Source of the DNA: a virus
Taxonomy: Duplodnaviria > Caudoviricetes
Length of the DNA stretch: 29,207 nucleotides
Reading direction: 5' to 3' (one strand)
IMG/VR virus record: IMGVR_UViG_3300033076_000615
Coordinates: 1 to 29,207 of that record
Positions 1 to 8,641 of the stretch are shown in pieces. The translations under genes and the position numbers were made by a program. Below the pieces are notes generated by a model. It had not been told where the DNA came from and searched no databases. It was given only the letters and a program-made list of their open reading frames with translations. Positions within the stretch are counted from its first letter, which is position 1, and every line of letters starts with the position of its first letter.

Positions 1-73
1 GATTTTCAAAAGTTGTGGCCGCTAAGATAAGTTGATCCTTCGGCGCAGTCTCAATCGGTTGCCATTCGCTCAT
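1..73 (-). CDS. DUF551-like phage protein, 5' part only (truncated by window edge)
   Basis: Manual translation MSEWQPIETAPKDQLILAATTFEN; WQPIETAPKD is a common phage DUF551-type N-terminus; ATGA overlap with the upstream gene. Confidence 0.7.
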   Translation of the reverse strand, partial: MSEWQPIETAPKDQLILAATTFEN

Positions 74-291
74 TTCACTTTCTCCGATTTGCTATCACGA
101 GCCGCAAGCATGGCGTCTGCTAGTTCATATGCTTCGCATGCTATTGCTGGCCTAGGCCAATAATCATCATGGCCGTATTTTGAAAAATGGCCCGTAACCA
201 TAGCTTGCATAGCCGCCATCGCCAACTCATCCCGCAGCGTTTTGTAATCCTGAATTGGAGTCGTGGTGTAAGTGTATTGGTTGTTGCTCAT
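70..291 (-). CDS. conserved phage hypothetical protein (LRDxxAxxAMQ...AYxxADAMLxAR family)
   Basis: 73 aa ORF with a recognisable small-phage-protein motif; ATGA overlaps at both ends; paralog at 6282-6512. Confidence 0.8.
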   Translation of the reverse strand: MSNNQYTYTTTPIQDYKTLRDELAMAAMQAMVTGHFSKYGHDDYWPRPAIACEAYELADAMLAARDSKSEKVK

Positions 292-461
292 TTCAATTTC
301 TCCGCCCGCACTTCCCGCGCCTTTGCCTTGTTGCCGCGTTCCTCAAACCAGCGGGCTTGCAGTTCCAGGTCATGGTTCATCGCGTCGCGCCCTTCTTGCG
401 TCGCACGGCGGATTTCCGCCTCACCTCGTGCGCCTTGTGCTGCTGCTTTCTCAATGCTCAT
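288..461 (-). CDS. hypothetical protein, 57 aa
   Basis: Not in the ORF track; MSIEKAAQGARGEAEIRR...EKLK fills the gap exactly, with ATGA overlaps to both neighbours. Confidence 0.7.
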   Translation of the reverse strand: MSIEKAAAQGARGEAEIRRATQEGRDAMNHDLELQARWFEERGNKAKAREVRAEKLK

Positions 462-667
462 TCTGCTGTCTCCAGTTCAATCAATAGGTCAATAAAGTGC
501 CGCGCCTTCTTGAGGTCATCAATTCCGCCCTTGTCCCGCCATCTCGTCAGATACTTGATGGCGTTGCCCTCCAGAAAGCCGATGCCATTGGCATGAATGT
601 ATTGCACCGGCTGAATCTTGAGCTTGCTGTAGTGGTCGCCGCCGACCTGGCTATCTAGTGCGCTCAT
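458..667 (-). CDS. DUF3310 (SaV-like / T7 gp1.7-related) protein
   Basis: QVGGDHY...GFLEGNAIKYLTRWRDKGGIDDLKKARHFI signature. Confidence 0.9.
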   Translation of the reverse strand: MSALDSQVGGDHYSKLKIQPVQYIHANGIGFLEGNAIKYLTRWRDKGGIDDLKKARHFIDLLIELETAE

Positions 668-1152
668 GCGTCTCCTTTTGATGGTTGGCCGATTGCTCGG
701 TAATGGTCTCCGGTCGGGCCGTTCTGCGAAATGACGTGTAGGCGGTCATCGTTCTCCGGCCATTCGGCTGGCCCATTAGCGCCGATGATGTCAATGCGCT
801 CAATGGTGCCGCCGCACTCCGCATCGAACTGCTCGCGGATCTCGGCCTCGGTTGGCCTAGGCACGCCCGCATCGGTCGGGATGCTCGGATCGTTGCGGCC
901 TGTGCGGCGCCCGGCGAAGGCTTGCGGCTCTTGGCAATCGCACGTTGAACAGTGCGGCGCGTTTGCCCAAGTCTTTGGCTGCCGCATTTTTTCCCGCAAC
1001 CTATCCACCTCCGCCCGCAGCGCCGTCTCGCGGTCTAGTGCGTCGCGGAGTTCGGTAGCGATGCAAATGCCAATTCGCTCAATCTCATCGCGAGATTGAC
1101 AAACTTTCCAAACCGTTAGTATGGCCCGCGCTTTTGCTTGATGGTCACTCAT
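664..1152 (-). CDS. hypothetical protein (coiled coil plus CxxCxC)
   Basis: 162 aa ORF coupled to neighbours; HCSTCDC motif. Confidence 0.7.
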   Translation of the reverse strand: MSDHQAKARAILTVWKVCQSRDEIERIGICIATELRDALDRETALRAEVDRLREKMRQPKTWANAPHCSTCDCQEPQAFAGRRTGRNDPSIPTDAGVPRPTEAEIREQFDAECGGTIERIDIIGANGPAEWPENDDRLHVISQNGPTGDHYRAIGQPSKGDA

Positions 1153-2050
1153 GTTGATTCCTTTGTTTGTCCTGTGCGGCTACCGCCAATGGCGATGGCC
1201 AACCAAATGGCAATGGCCAACATTTATGGCATTCGCCTATCCATTCCCCAATGACGTTTTGCAAAATGCCAGATCCGCCGCAGTATTCGCAGTCCCGAAC
1301 GGCGCTCCCATTGTTGGCTTTGCCTGTCAGGCTAGTGACCTCCACACTAGCTACCAGGCGCTCGCGCCCGTAATGCCACCCAAGCCGTAACGCGCTGAGA
1401 TCGTAACGCGCCCAATACTGCTCAGGCAGCGACGCAACGAACGAATCAAACTCGGCATCTTTTGTATAGAGCGGCGCGTCAAAAACAGGATCGCCCTTTA
1501 CTGGCGGCTTTTTCTTCATGCGCTCAAGCTCAGCGTTTTTCTCACGTATGCATTGCGCCTGCGTCTCAATGAATTCCTGCTGCCGGACGCTGCGCTGCTC
1601 AAACACTGTCATACGCTCAATCTCGTCGCGCGCAGCGCGAAGTTGTGCGGCGAGGTCGTCACCGTCATCGGTATCAGGTTCCGGGTCAACGCAGTCGCCG
1701 GATCGGCGGATGAAAGGCTCCACGTATTCGGTTACGTCGGTCACTCGCGTTCCATCAGAGGGAACGCAGAGGTGCAGGGGTGACCCATCGGCAGTTGGCG
1801 CGTTCATTATCAGCGCGTTCCACTGACGGCTGATGGAAGGGTTTTTCAACCGCTCGATCTCATAATGCGCAGCGCGAAGCTGGGCGGCGAGGTCTGGCAG
1901 GGTGGCGATGGCTTCGGCGTCTGCGACACGATCAAGGATTGCAACGTCGTCACCGATCTGAACCGTTTGCGTGCCTTGCAGCCACGGCCCAAGCGTAGCC
2001 TTGTCACAGATCGCCAGCAATTCGACGGTGCGTGTTGGGTTGTAGGTCAT
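1145..2050 (-). CDS. modular Ead/Ea22-like accessory protein with C-terminal CxxC..CxxC
   Basis: 301 aa; KATLGPW N-terminal motif, repeated DLAAQLRAAxxEIER, CEYCGGSG...ECHKC. Confidence 0.7.
   Translation of the reverse strand: MTYNPTRTVELLAICDKATLGPWLQGTQTVQIGDDVAILDRVADAEAIATLPDLAAQLRAAHYEIERLKNPSISRQWNALIMNAPTADGSPLHLCVPSDGTRVTDVTEYVEPFIRRSGDCVDPEPDTDDGDDLAAQLRAARDEIERMTVFEQRSVRQQEFIETQAQCIREKNAELERMKKKPPVKGDPVFDAPLYTKDAEFDSFVASLPEQYWARYDLSALRLGWHYGRERLVASVEVTSLTGKANNGSAVRDCEYCGGSGILQNVIGEWIGECHKCWPLPFGWPSPLAVAAQDKQRNQHE
1614..1894. repeat. 44-bp imperfect direct repeat (1614-1657 and 1851-1894)
   Basis: 37/44 identical by manual alignment; both copies encode DLAAQLRAAxxEIER. Confidence 0.85.
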
Positions 2051-2253
2051 GCGGAATATCCTTTTGGCTCGTAAGTAGTCATGGCGTGCAGCCCCATTGC
2101 ATCAAGTATCAATTCGCCCGGCTCTCTGCGCCCGCCGAGAAAGTCAGAAACATACGATGGGCTTATGCCATGCAGCTTCGCCCACTGCTTTTGCGAGTAG
2201 CCGCGTTCATTTAGGTGCGCGCGCAAGCGCAGCCGAACATGATCAGCGGTCAT
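2047..2253 (-). CDS. XRE/Cro-like HTH transcriptional regulator
   Basis: SQKQWAKLHGISPSYVSDFLGGRREPG is a typical XRE HTH; start placed at ATG 2253 (ATGA overlap, preceded by AAAGG). Confidence 0.8.
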   Translation of the reverse strand: MTADHVRLRLRAHLNERGYSQKQWAKLHGISPSYVSDFLGGRREPGELILDAMGLHAMTTYEPKGYSA

Positions 2254-2711
2254 GCGCCTTTCTCCGGCTTGGGCTTGGCGGCGAGCATGGCGTGCCATTG
2301 CTCTGTGGACCAGGGCAATCCAATGGCGTCGATGGCTTTCCACATTTCAGACGTGGCCTGCTTCGGCACCAACTGCCAACCATCCGGCACCTGCACCGCC
2401 TCGCTCGCAGGCTGGGCGAGTGGGTAAAAGGTGGCGTCATACGCAATCCGGGTCGAAAGCCCCGCACCCTTTTCCATCGCCTTGAGGCGGTCGGTGAGGG
2501 TGGCGACTTGATCGTGCAACTGAATGTTTTCCAATTCAGCAGCCTGACAAGCGTCGGCCTGTATCTGCCAACGACGCTCCCATTCCGCAATCCGCGCATC
2601 CTTCTGCGCGTGTAGGCCGGTCATGTCCTCAAGCATCTGCGCCGCGCGCGAGTCGTATAGGCGCTCGCCATCGGCGGGCAGTAGGGGGCTGTCCCATTCT
2701 GTGGGGGTCAT
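2250..2711 (-). CDS. hypothetical accessory protein (VPDGWQLVPK motif)
   Basis: 153 aa; coiled coil plus common phage VPDGWxLVPxxxTxEM...AMLAA module. Confidence 0.75.
   Translation of the reverse strand: MTPTEWDSPLLPADGERLYDSRAAQMLEDMTGLHAQKDARIAEWERRWQIQADACQAAELENIQLHDQVATLTDRLKAMEKGAGLSTRIAYDATFYPLAQPASEAVQVPDGWQLVPKQATSEMWKAIDAIGLPWSTEQWHAMLAAKPKPEKGA
2381..2412. repeat. 32-bp exact inverted repeat, partner at 11883-11914
   Basis: catccggcacctgcaccgcctcgctcgcaggc is the reverse complement of 11883-11914; both encode PASEAVQVPD. Confidence 0.9.
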
Positions 2712-2878
2712 GGTTTGCCCTTCAGTGAGCCCCTAGTCTGCCCATCGTAGAAGTTCCACGCTGCGTAAGGCAGCAACAACATTCCCCACAAACCGGCTCC
2801 TGCCACCTCGGACAACAAAAAGTAAAAGGTCGCAGTAATTGCCATGTCAAGCAATTGGCGTTTCGTTATGGCGCTCAC
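2708..2878 (-). CDS. small membrane protein, 56 aa
   Basis: Not in the ORF track; GTG start, MSAITKRQLLDMAITATFYFLLSEVAGAGLWGMLLLPYAAW...; overlaps both neighbours by 4 nt. Confidence 0.65.
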   Translation of the reverse strand: MSAITKRQLLDMAITATFYFLLSEVAGAGLWGMLLLPYAAWNFYDGQTRGSLKGKP

Positions 2879-3081
2879 TTTCGGCACTCCTTGCTCGCCT
2901 CAATCCAGGTGCCGCCGTAGCGACTGGCGCACTGGGCGCGCATGTCGTTGGTGTGGACGTAGGCCAGCCACTTGCTGCCGAGATACGCCAGCGCAAGGCA
3001 GGCGGCGAGGACTAGCGCGGCTTCGCGCAGGGTGAAGGTGTTGAGGGCGGGTTTTGCGTGGTCGCGCATGCAGTAGTTCAT
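2875..3081 (-). CDS. small membrane-anchored hypothetical protein
   Basis: 68 aa; hydrophobic segment followed by C...GG.W....C. Confidence 0.7.
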   Translation of the reverse strand: MNYCMRDHAKPALNTFTLREAALVLAACLALAYLGSKWLAYVHTNDMRAQCASRYGGTWIEASKECRK

Positions 3082-3215
3082 TTGATGATCCTTTTATGTT
3101 TTCCGTAACAAACGTGGCACATCAGGCCTATACCTAAAACTCCCCACCAAACATAGCTATATGGAGAATTGTTAAAACGCACCTTTTTGCAGTTTGGGCA
3201 CACTTCTTTTTTCAT
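3078..3215 (-). CDS. small zinc-finger-like protein, 45 aa
   Basis: MKKEVCPNC...MCHVC, two CxxC pairs; start reassigned to ATG 3215. Confidence 0.6.
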   Translation of the reverse strand: MKKEVCPNCKKVRFNNSPYSYVWWGVLGIGLMCHVCYGKHKRIIK

Positions 3216-3217
3216 GC

Positions 3218-3361
3218 TTACGTTCCGTGCCACTGGCCGCCGATGCACACCTGAAGAAAGCCAGCAGTCCAGCCAGCGCCTACCCAAAACTTAATTGAGC
3301 GATATTCGCGGCCATCCTTGCCAATCCAAGAATCCGAGATGCTGGGTTTGCGGTCGTTCAT
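3218..3361 (-). CDS. hypothetical protein, 47 aa, first gene of the left arm
   Basis: Not in the ORF track; MNDRKPSISDSWIGKDGREYRS...; GGAG RBS upstream. Confidence 0.65.
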   Translation of the reverse strand: MNDRKPSISDSWIGKDGREYRSIKFWVGAGWTAGFLQVCIGGQWHGT

Positions 3362-3402
3362 TTTTTCTTGCTCCGTGTTAGTGGTTGTGCGCTACGAGGT
3401 GA

Positions 3403-3431
3403 ATAATGCCTACGCGATGAATCGTGCGCAA
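3403..3431 (-). promoter_or_regulatory. putative leftward sigma70-type early promoter
   Basis: On the - strand: TTGCGC-17 nt-CATTAT, upstream of the left arm. Confidence 0.5.
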
Positions 3432-3474
3432 GTGCGGCCAGCAACTTTCCGACGAACGGCGCAACGCTGGCTTG

Positions 3475-3503
3475 TTGCATTGTTCACCATGGCGCGGTAT
3501 ATT
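3475..3503 (+). promoter_or_regulatory. putative rightward sigma70-type early promoter
   Basis: TTGCAT-17 nt-TATATT; near-copy at 7277-7305. Confidence 0.65.
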
Positions 3504-3538
3504 GTGCGCAGATGTTCAACGCACAAGGAGCGGAGCAG

Positions 3539-3904
3539 ATGGACTATCACGAAACGACACTGCGCGATCATCAGGCGCGCGAAGATGCGGAGATTGCAGA
3601 GGCAGCGCGTCTGAATGAGATTGGCTTGGATCGACTTGAGTCACTGGCGCGCGGCTATCTCCGCAATCCTGCGGACATTGTTGAGGCTGCGCGGGATGCT
3701 GCGGATGAGGATACTTTGCTGGCATCGCTTGCCGGGCTGGCACTTCGCATTGGCGATGCCGACACGCTGCGTAAGTGCCGCCTGAATGTGGCGGGTGCTT
3801 GCGTCTATATGGCGTATTGGAACCTGCCTGCTGATGAGCAGGAGGCCATTACCTGCGAAGAGCGCGATGCGTTAGCGGCGAAGATTTCGGAGGTGATTCC
3901 GTGA
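3539..3904 (+). CDS. hypothetical protein
   Basis: ATG 3539 after AAGGAGCGGAG RBS; first gene of the right arm. Confidence 0.75.
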   Translation: MDYHETTLRDHQAREDAEIAEAARLNEIGLDRLESLARGYLRNPADIVEAARDAADEDTLLASLAGLALRIGDADTLRKCRLNVAGACVYMAYWNLPADEQEAITCEERDALAAKISEVIP

Positions 3905-4293
3905 GCGCGCATACGCCTGAGCCTTGGTTTGCCACGCCATCTCGTCAACTCATGGTTTTTGTAGAGGCGCGCATTGGCGGCGGCCTAATTCAAGAGGTTG
4001 CGACGTGCATGAATTGCAGGGTTGGAGAGCCTGCCGCCAACGCCGCCCGCATCGTGGCCTGCGTCAATGCTTGCACTGGAATGGCTGATCCTGCTACGGA
4101 GATTGATGAAGGAAAGCAGGCTTTGGCCTACGTCCCAGCGCTGACAGAAAGGATGCTTGAGGCAGAGTCACTGCGGCATTCGCTTCTGACGGCGTTAAAG
4201 GGGGTTGTATCTATTCTTGATAACGATGATGAGCAGCCGCACGACAAGCGCATATCACTTGCTCGCGCAGTTATCGCAAAGGCCAGCCAATGA
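3901..4293 (+). CDS. conserved phage hypothetical protein (HTPEPW...ANAARIVACVNAC family)
   Basis: Common phage motif; GTGA overlap. Confidence 0.8.
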   Translation: MSAHTPEPWFATPSRQLMVFVEARIGGGLIQEVATCMNCRVGEPAANAARIVACVNACTGMADPATEIDEGKQALAYVPALTERMLEAESLRHSLLTALKGVVSILDNDDEQPHDKRISLARAVIAKASQ

Positions 4294-4409
4294 CCGACGA
4301 CACTAAGCCACGCGGCAAGGACGATCCTGACGCCTGCGAGCATTACCCTGGCCAAGAGCCTTGCAACAGCGACCCAGGCGAAGAACACACCACAAAGGAG
4401 CATCAATGA
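4290..4409 (+). CDS. small acidic hypothetical peptide, 39 aa
   Basis: MTDDTKPRGKDDPDACEHYPG...; ATGA overlaps at both ends. Confidence 0.5.
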   Translation: MTDDTKPRGKDDPDACEHYPGQEPCNSDPGEEHTTKEHQ

Positions 4410-5059
4410 AACAGAGTGAACAATTGGACAAACTGGCCTCCGCATTCGCTAAGACGCAGGGTGCTATTGAAGGCGCGTTGAAGGACAAGACAAACCCCGC
4501 CTTCCGCAGCAAATACGCAGACCTTGGCGCGTGCTGGGATGCTTGCCGTAACGAGCTTTCGGCCAATGGCCTGAGCATTTTTCAGGGCCTTTCCCCGTCC
4601 GAGAATGGCGTCATTATCACCACGCGCTTGCTGCACTCGTCTGGCCAGTGGCTTGAGGATGAGGGGCTGTTCCTGCCTGCAACCAAGAAGGACGCGCAGG
4701 GCTTTGGCTCTGCCGTTACCTATGCCCGCCGCTATGCGCTGTGCGCCGTCGTTGGCATTGCGCCGGAGGATGATGACGGCAACGCCGCGAGCAAGCACAA
4801 GCCGCAAGCCGCTGCCCCTGCCAACATCACGCCAACGGGTGGCGTGTGGGAGAACGAGAGCGAGGAATCACAAGCCTTTCTGCAAGGCATTGCGAACCAT
4901 GTCATCTCCCTGTTGCACTCTGGCGACGTTGGCGCGGCCTGTGACCGCATCGCTAGCGAGCGACTCGGCCCCGAAGAGATGGCCGCAATCTGGACGCGCT
5001 TTGACAGCAAGCAGCGCAGCGCCATGAAGGCGCATCAAGCCAGCAAGCCCAAGCCGTGA
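4406..5059 (+). CDS. erf: ERF-family single-strand annealing recombinase
   Basis: NPAFRSKYADL, TRLLHSSGQW, QGFGSAVTYARRYAL..GIAPEDDDGN motifs; AAGGAG RBS before ATG 4406. Confidence 0.92.
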   Translation: MKQSEQLDKLASAFAKTQGAIEGALKDKTNPAFRSKYADLGACWDACRNELSANGLSIFQGLSPSENGVIITTRLLHSSGQWLEDEGLFLPATKKDAQGFGSAVTYARRYALCAVVGIAPEDDDGNAASKHKPQAAAPANITPTGGVWENESEESQAFLQGIANHVISLLHSGDVGAACDRIASERLGPEEMAAIWTRFDSKQRSAMKAHQASKPKP

Positions 5060-5433
5060 ACGTCATCGCGACAGAGCGCGACCGCGCCTCACTCATTGCT
5101 TTCATCCAGCGCCTGCCGCTGGGTGATGGCAAGCGATGGGAGTGGGTCATCAAGCCATCCGCCAAGCGACGCACGCTGAACCAGAACGCCTACATCCACA
5201 GCATCTTTAGCTACATCGGCAAGCAAACGCAGACCGACGAAGGCATGGTCAAGGACGCGCTGAAAATGCGATTCCTACAGCCTGTCATCGTTGATCTGTG
5301 GGGCGAGCCGTTAAAGACCCTGCCTAGCACCGCCAAGCTGCCGGTGAATGAGTGCAGTGACTTCACCGAGCAGCTACACGCATGGGCCGCTGAACACGGC
5401 CAAATGTTGCCGCACCCTTCCGACCGCTACTGA
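5056..5433 (+). CDS. ninB: NinB/Orf-like recombination protein
   Basis: KRRTLNQNAYIH...STAKL...SDFTEQLHAWAAEHG motifs; lies between ERF and SSB. Confidence 0.75.
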   Translation: MNVIATERDRASLIAFIQRLPLGDGKRWEWVIKPSAKRRTLNQNAYIHSIFSYIGKQTQTDEGMVKDALKMRFLQPVIVDLWGEPLKTLPSTAKLPVNECSDFTEQLHAWAAEHGQMLPHPSDRY

Positions 5434-5440
5434 GAAAACC

Positions 5441-5908
5441 ATGATCCTGACCACAATGGCCCGTTTGGGCCGCGACGCTGAAATGAAGCACACCTCATCC
5501 GGCACTCCCGTTCTGCAACTGGCGCTCGCCTGCGACTACGGGCGCAAGGGCGACGATGGCCGCAAGCCTACGCAATGGATTGATGCCGCACTGTTTGGCA
5601 AGCGTGCCGAGACGCTGGCGCAATACCTGACCAAAGGCACGATGATGAACGTGGCGCTGCGAGAGCCGCACATTGAGACATATGCCAAGAAGGATGGCAC
5701 CCAGGGCGTCAGCTTGCGCGCAGAGGTCATTGACGTGCTGTGGTTTAGCTCGCCGCGCGCTGATGCTGCGCCCGTTGCGCCTGCACCTTCGCGAGTTGCC
5801 GCCAATAAGCCAGCACGTGCGGCACCTCAGCCAGGCGCTAGCGAGGGTTTCCGCGATGATGACATCCCATTTGCCCCCATTTCCAAGCGCAAGTTGATGG
5901 CCTGCTAA
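5441..5908 (+). CDS. ssb: single-stranded DNA-binding protein
   Basis: RLGRDAE, TQWIDAALFGKRAETLAQYLTKG OB fold, DDDIPF acidic tip (followed by a short extra tail). Confidence 0.93.
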   Translation: MILTTMARLGRDAEMKHTSSGTPVLQLALACDYGRKGDDGRKPTQWIDAALFGKRAETLAQYLTKGTMMNVALREPHIETYAKKDGTQGVSLRAEVIDVLWFSSPRADAAPVAPAPSRVAANKPARAAPQPGASEGFRDDDIPFAPISKRKLMAC

Positions 5909-5916
5909 GGATCCGC

Positions 5917-6285
5917 ATGAGCAAACCAATCTACAAAGAGCAGCTAGCCGCCATACTGGGCCTCAAGCTCAGTGGGCTGCGAGCGCGCATGTTTCGGGGG
6001 GCTGATCTGCCGATTTGGTCTGAGGTCTGGCCGTCCTGCTACTGGCAGCGCGCGGACGTGACAAAGTGGCAGCGCCAGCAAGCCAAACTCCGCCGCGAAT
6101 CCATTGGCATCGCTGATCTGGCGCAGCAGATGGGCCGCACGGTCACTGCCATCCGCAGTGCCATCCAGCGAGAGCGCGGCAGGCCGCTGACGATTCCGGC
6201 TGGGTTCAAGTTGGGCAATGAGTGGCGCTGGCGCAAGGTTGATGTGCAAAGGTTTTTGAGGTCTAAACAGGAGCAGGGAAAATGA
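5917..6285 (+). CDS. tandem AlpA/excisionase-like HTH DNA-binding protein
   Basis: Two repeats of LAxxLG...R....P......W.R.DV..W/F. Confidence 0.65.
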   Translation: MSKPIYKEQLAAILGLKLSGLRARMFRGADLPIWSEVWPSCYWQRADVTKWQRQQAKLRRESIGIADLAQQMGRTVTAIRSAIQRERGRPLTIPAGFKLGNEWRWRKVDVQRFLRSKQEQGK

Positions 6286-6512
6286 GTGAGATTAAAGACG
6301 GCGGGCCTGCGTTTCCGCCTAATGGAGAGTGGAAAGATCATCAAGGCATGAGCTTGCGCGACTACTTCGCGGCGAGGGCGATGCAATCTCTTATTGCCAT
6401 CATGCATGCGAATCACGCCAGCGCGGGCAGCAATGAAGGCATGGCATCTATAGCAGACGGCGCTTACGGAATAGCCGACGCCATGCTGCGCGCACGGGAG
6501 GCCAAGCCATGA
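6282..6512 (+). CDS. conserved phage hypothetical protein (GGPAFP...GMSLRDYFAA family)
   Basis: Recognisable motif; paralog of 70-291. Confidence 0.85.
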   Translation: MSEIKDGGPAFPPNGEWKDHQGMSLRDYFAARAMQSLIAIMHANHASAGSNEGMASIADGAYGIADAMLRAREAKP

Positions 6513-6817
6513 AACTGAAACCCGGCAAATACGTGCAGCGCGATGGCGGCATTGCGACTGTGGCGGCGGTGGATGAGAGACGAGACATTTTTCCTGCAGT
6601 TGGCTGGAACTCTCGGGGCATGCACCGTTCTTGGAATCTTGACGGGAGCTATTACCAGTCACCAACTATTGATGAGAACGACCTCATCCGCGAACACTGC
6701 GAGCCGCGTGAGTTTTGGATTGCCATTCGCAACTCAGACGGCCATGCAGCAGTTATAAGTGACGGCAATGTAAATGATGAATGGTCTGCTATCCGAGTTC
6801 GTGAGGTGATCGAATGA
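6509..6817 (+). CDS. hypothetical protein
   Basis: 102 aa, translationally coupled; GKYVQRDG motif. Confidence 0.75.
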   Translation: MKLKPGKYVQRDGGIATVAAVDERRDIFPAVGWNSRGMHRSWNLDGSYYQSPTIDENDLIREHCEPREFWIAIRNSDGHAAVISDGNVNDEWSAIRVREVIE

Positions 6818-7260
6818 GCCGTCTAATCGAAGACGTCCGCAAGTTCATGGAGTCGGCAGATTGCACCGTTGACCGCCACAATCCGAAACAGGCCAGCCTC
6901 TACCTGGGACTCGTGGCCGAAGAGCTATCTGAGGCTATTGAGGCCATCGGAACAGCGCCCACTGCTGCTCGGATGATCAGCGCATTGGCTGATGCGCTAA
7001 AGCAGCATGACGGTTCGCAGCTTGCCGATATGACGCATGAGCAGCGCACGGGCTTGTTTGACGCTGCGCTTGACATTGCATGGGTTGCTATCGGCCTTGC
7101 TTACAGCATCGGCGCTGATCCGGAATGCGGCGCAATTGAGGTGGCGCGCAGCAACCTGAGCAAGATCGGCGCTAGCGGCAAGATGGAGCGCGATGGCAAC
7201 GGCAAGGTCATCAAGGGCAGGAACTACAGCCCGCCGAACTTGGCCCCGCTGGTCAGCTAA
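6814..7260 (+). CDS. MazG-like / PRA-PH family NTP pyrophosphohydrolase
   Basis: EELSE, DAALDIAWV, EVARSNLSK, RDGNGKVIKGRNYSPPNL motifs. Confidence 0.88.
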   Translation: MSRLIEDVRKFMESADCTVDRHNPKQASLYLGLVAEELSEAIEAIGTAPTAARMISALADALKQHDGSQLADMTHEQRTGLFDAALDIAWVAIGLAYSIGADPECGAIEVARSNLSKIGASGKMERDGNGKVIKGRNYSPPNLAPLVS

Positions 7261-7265
7261 GAATC

Positions 7266-7313
7266 ACCGCGCCACGTTGCGCAATTCATCGGGGCGCGGT
7301 ATATTTTGCGCAG
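7266..7313 (+). promoter_or_regulatory. putative promoter for the IbrAB-like cassette, overlapping an inverted repeat
   Basis: TTGCGC(7277)-17 nt-TATATT(7300); accgcgcc 7266-7273 pairs with ggcgcggt 7293-7300. Confidence 0.6.
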
Positions 7314-7342
7314 GTTCACACATAACAAAGGAGCAGCACAGG

Positions 7343-8641
7343 ATGCGCAAATATCATCCAACGCGTAATGTTTACGAAGCCTCAATTGAGCGGCTTGACT
7401 TTGTCTTTGCCAATTTTGACCGCATCTATCTGTCTTTCAGCGGCGGCAAGGACTCCGGCGTGATGTTGAATCTCACGCTTGATTACATGCGTAAGCGCGG
7501 CATCACAAGGAGGATTGGCGTTCAGATTTTGGACAACGAGGCAAACTATGACCTCTCGCTAGAGTTTATGCACAGCATTCTTGAGAAGAACTTGGACTTG
7601 CTTGACGTTTACTGGTGCTGCCTCCCGATCACGTTGCCATGCACTGTCAGTGCATACGCGATTGAGTGGCAATGCTGGGGCAATCGGGACAAAGAGCGGT
7701 GGATCCGGCCTATGGATAGGCGTCCATACATCGTCAACTTTGAAAATCATCCGTTCCCATTCTTTGAAGAAGACATGAGCTATGACCATTTTTGGGATGG
7801 CTTTGCGGAGTGGTATAGCCAGGGCAAGCCGTGCGCTAACTTGATCGGCATTCGCACGGCAGAAAGCCTCAACCGCTTCCGCGCCATCATGAATGAGCAG
7901 AAGGAGACGATGGGCGGCATGATGTGGACTAAGAAGAACACAGCGCATACCTACAATGTCTATCCGATTTACGACTGGCGCACGGAGGACATTTGGACTG
8001 CTAACGCCAAGTTTGAATGGGAATACAACAAGCTGTATGACATTTTTTACAAAGCTGGCGTGCCCGTTCACAAGATGCGTGTTGCCTCTCCTTTCATGAG
8101 CGAATCTAAGTCAAGCCTCAATTTGTATCGTGTCATTGACGGTCACACCTGGGCAAAGCTGTGTGCGCGTGTGCAAGGGGCAAACTTCATTGCTCACTAC
8201 GGTAAGCAGCTTGGCTACAAGAGCCTGAAATTGCCTCCGAATCACACTTGGAAGTCTTTTACCAAGTTTCTTTTAGCGACTCTGCCAAAAGAGGTGTCGG
8301 ACAATTTTAAGATGCGCTTCATCCAATCATTCCGCTATTGGGGGCGGGTGGGGCGCGGACTCCCCGAAGAGATTATCCAGGAGATGCGCAACTCTGGCGT
8401 GAGGTTCAAGGAGAACGGCAAGACCGCGCACGGCGGGCAGACTCTGACCCGCGTGCGTATGCAGCATTTCCCGGATCATGTTGACTTTCTTTCGTGCCAC
8501 AACAGTATGGTTGCTAGCTGGAAACGTTTTGCCATTACCATTTTGAAGAACGATCACACTTGTAAATATATGGGCCTTGCGCCCACAAAAGAGCAGGCGC
8601 AGCGGCAACGCGCCATCATGGAAAAATACAAAAAACTGTAA
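7343..8641 (+). CDS. ibrA: PAPS-reductase-like PP-loop protein with DUF3440 (IbrA/YbdN-like)
   Basis: LSFSGGKDSG PP-loop, IGIRTAESLNR, YPIYDWRTEDIW, MRVASPF, ARVQGANF, ILKND motifs; AAGGAG RBS before ATG 7343. Confidence 0.9.
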   Translation: MRKYHPTRNVYEASIERLDFVFANFDRIYLSFSGGKDSGVMLNLTLDYMRKRGITRRIGVQILDNEANYDLSLEFMHSILEKNLDLLDVYWCCLPITLPCTVSAYAIEWQCWGNRDKERWIRPMDRRPYIVNFENHPFPFFEEDMSYDHFWDGFAEWYSQGKPCANLIGIRTAESLNRFRAIMNEQKETMGGMMWTKKNTAHTYNVYPIYDWRTEDIWTANAKFEWEYNKLYDIFYKAGVPVHKMRVASPFMSESKSSLNLYRVIDGHTWAKLCARVQGANFIAHYGKQLGYKSLKLPPNHTWKSFTKFLLATLPKEVSDNFKMRFIQSFRYWGRVGRGLPEEIIQEMRNSGVRFKENGKTAHGGQTLTRVRMQHFPDHVDFLSCHNSMVASWKRFAITILKNDHTCKYMGLAPTKEQAQRQRAIMEKYKKL

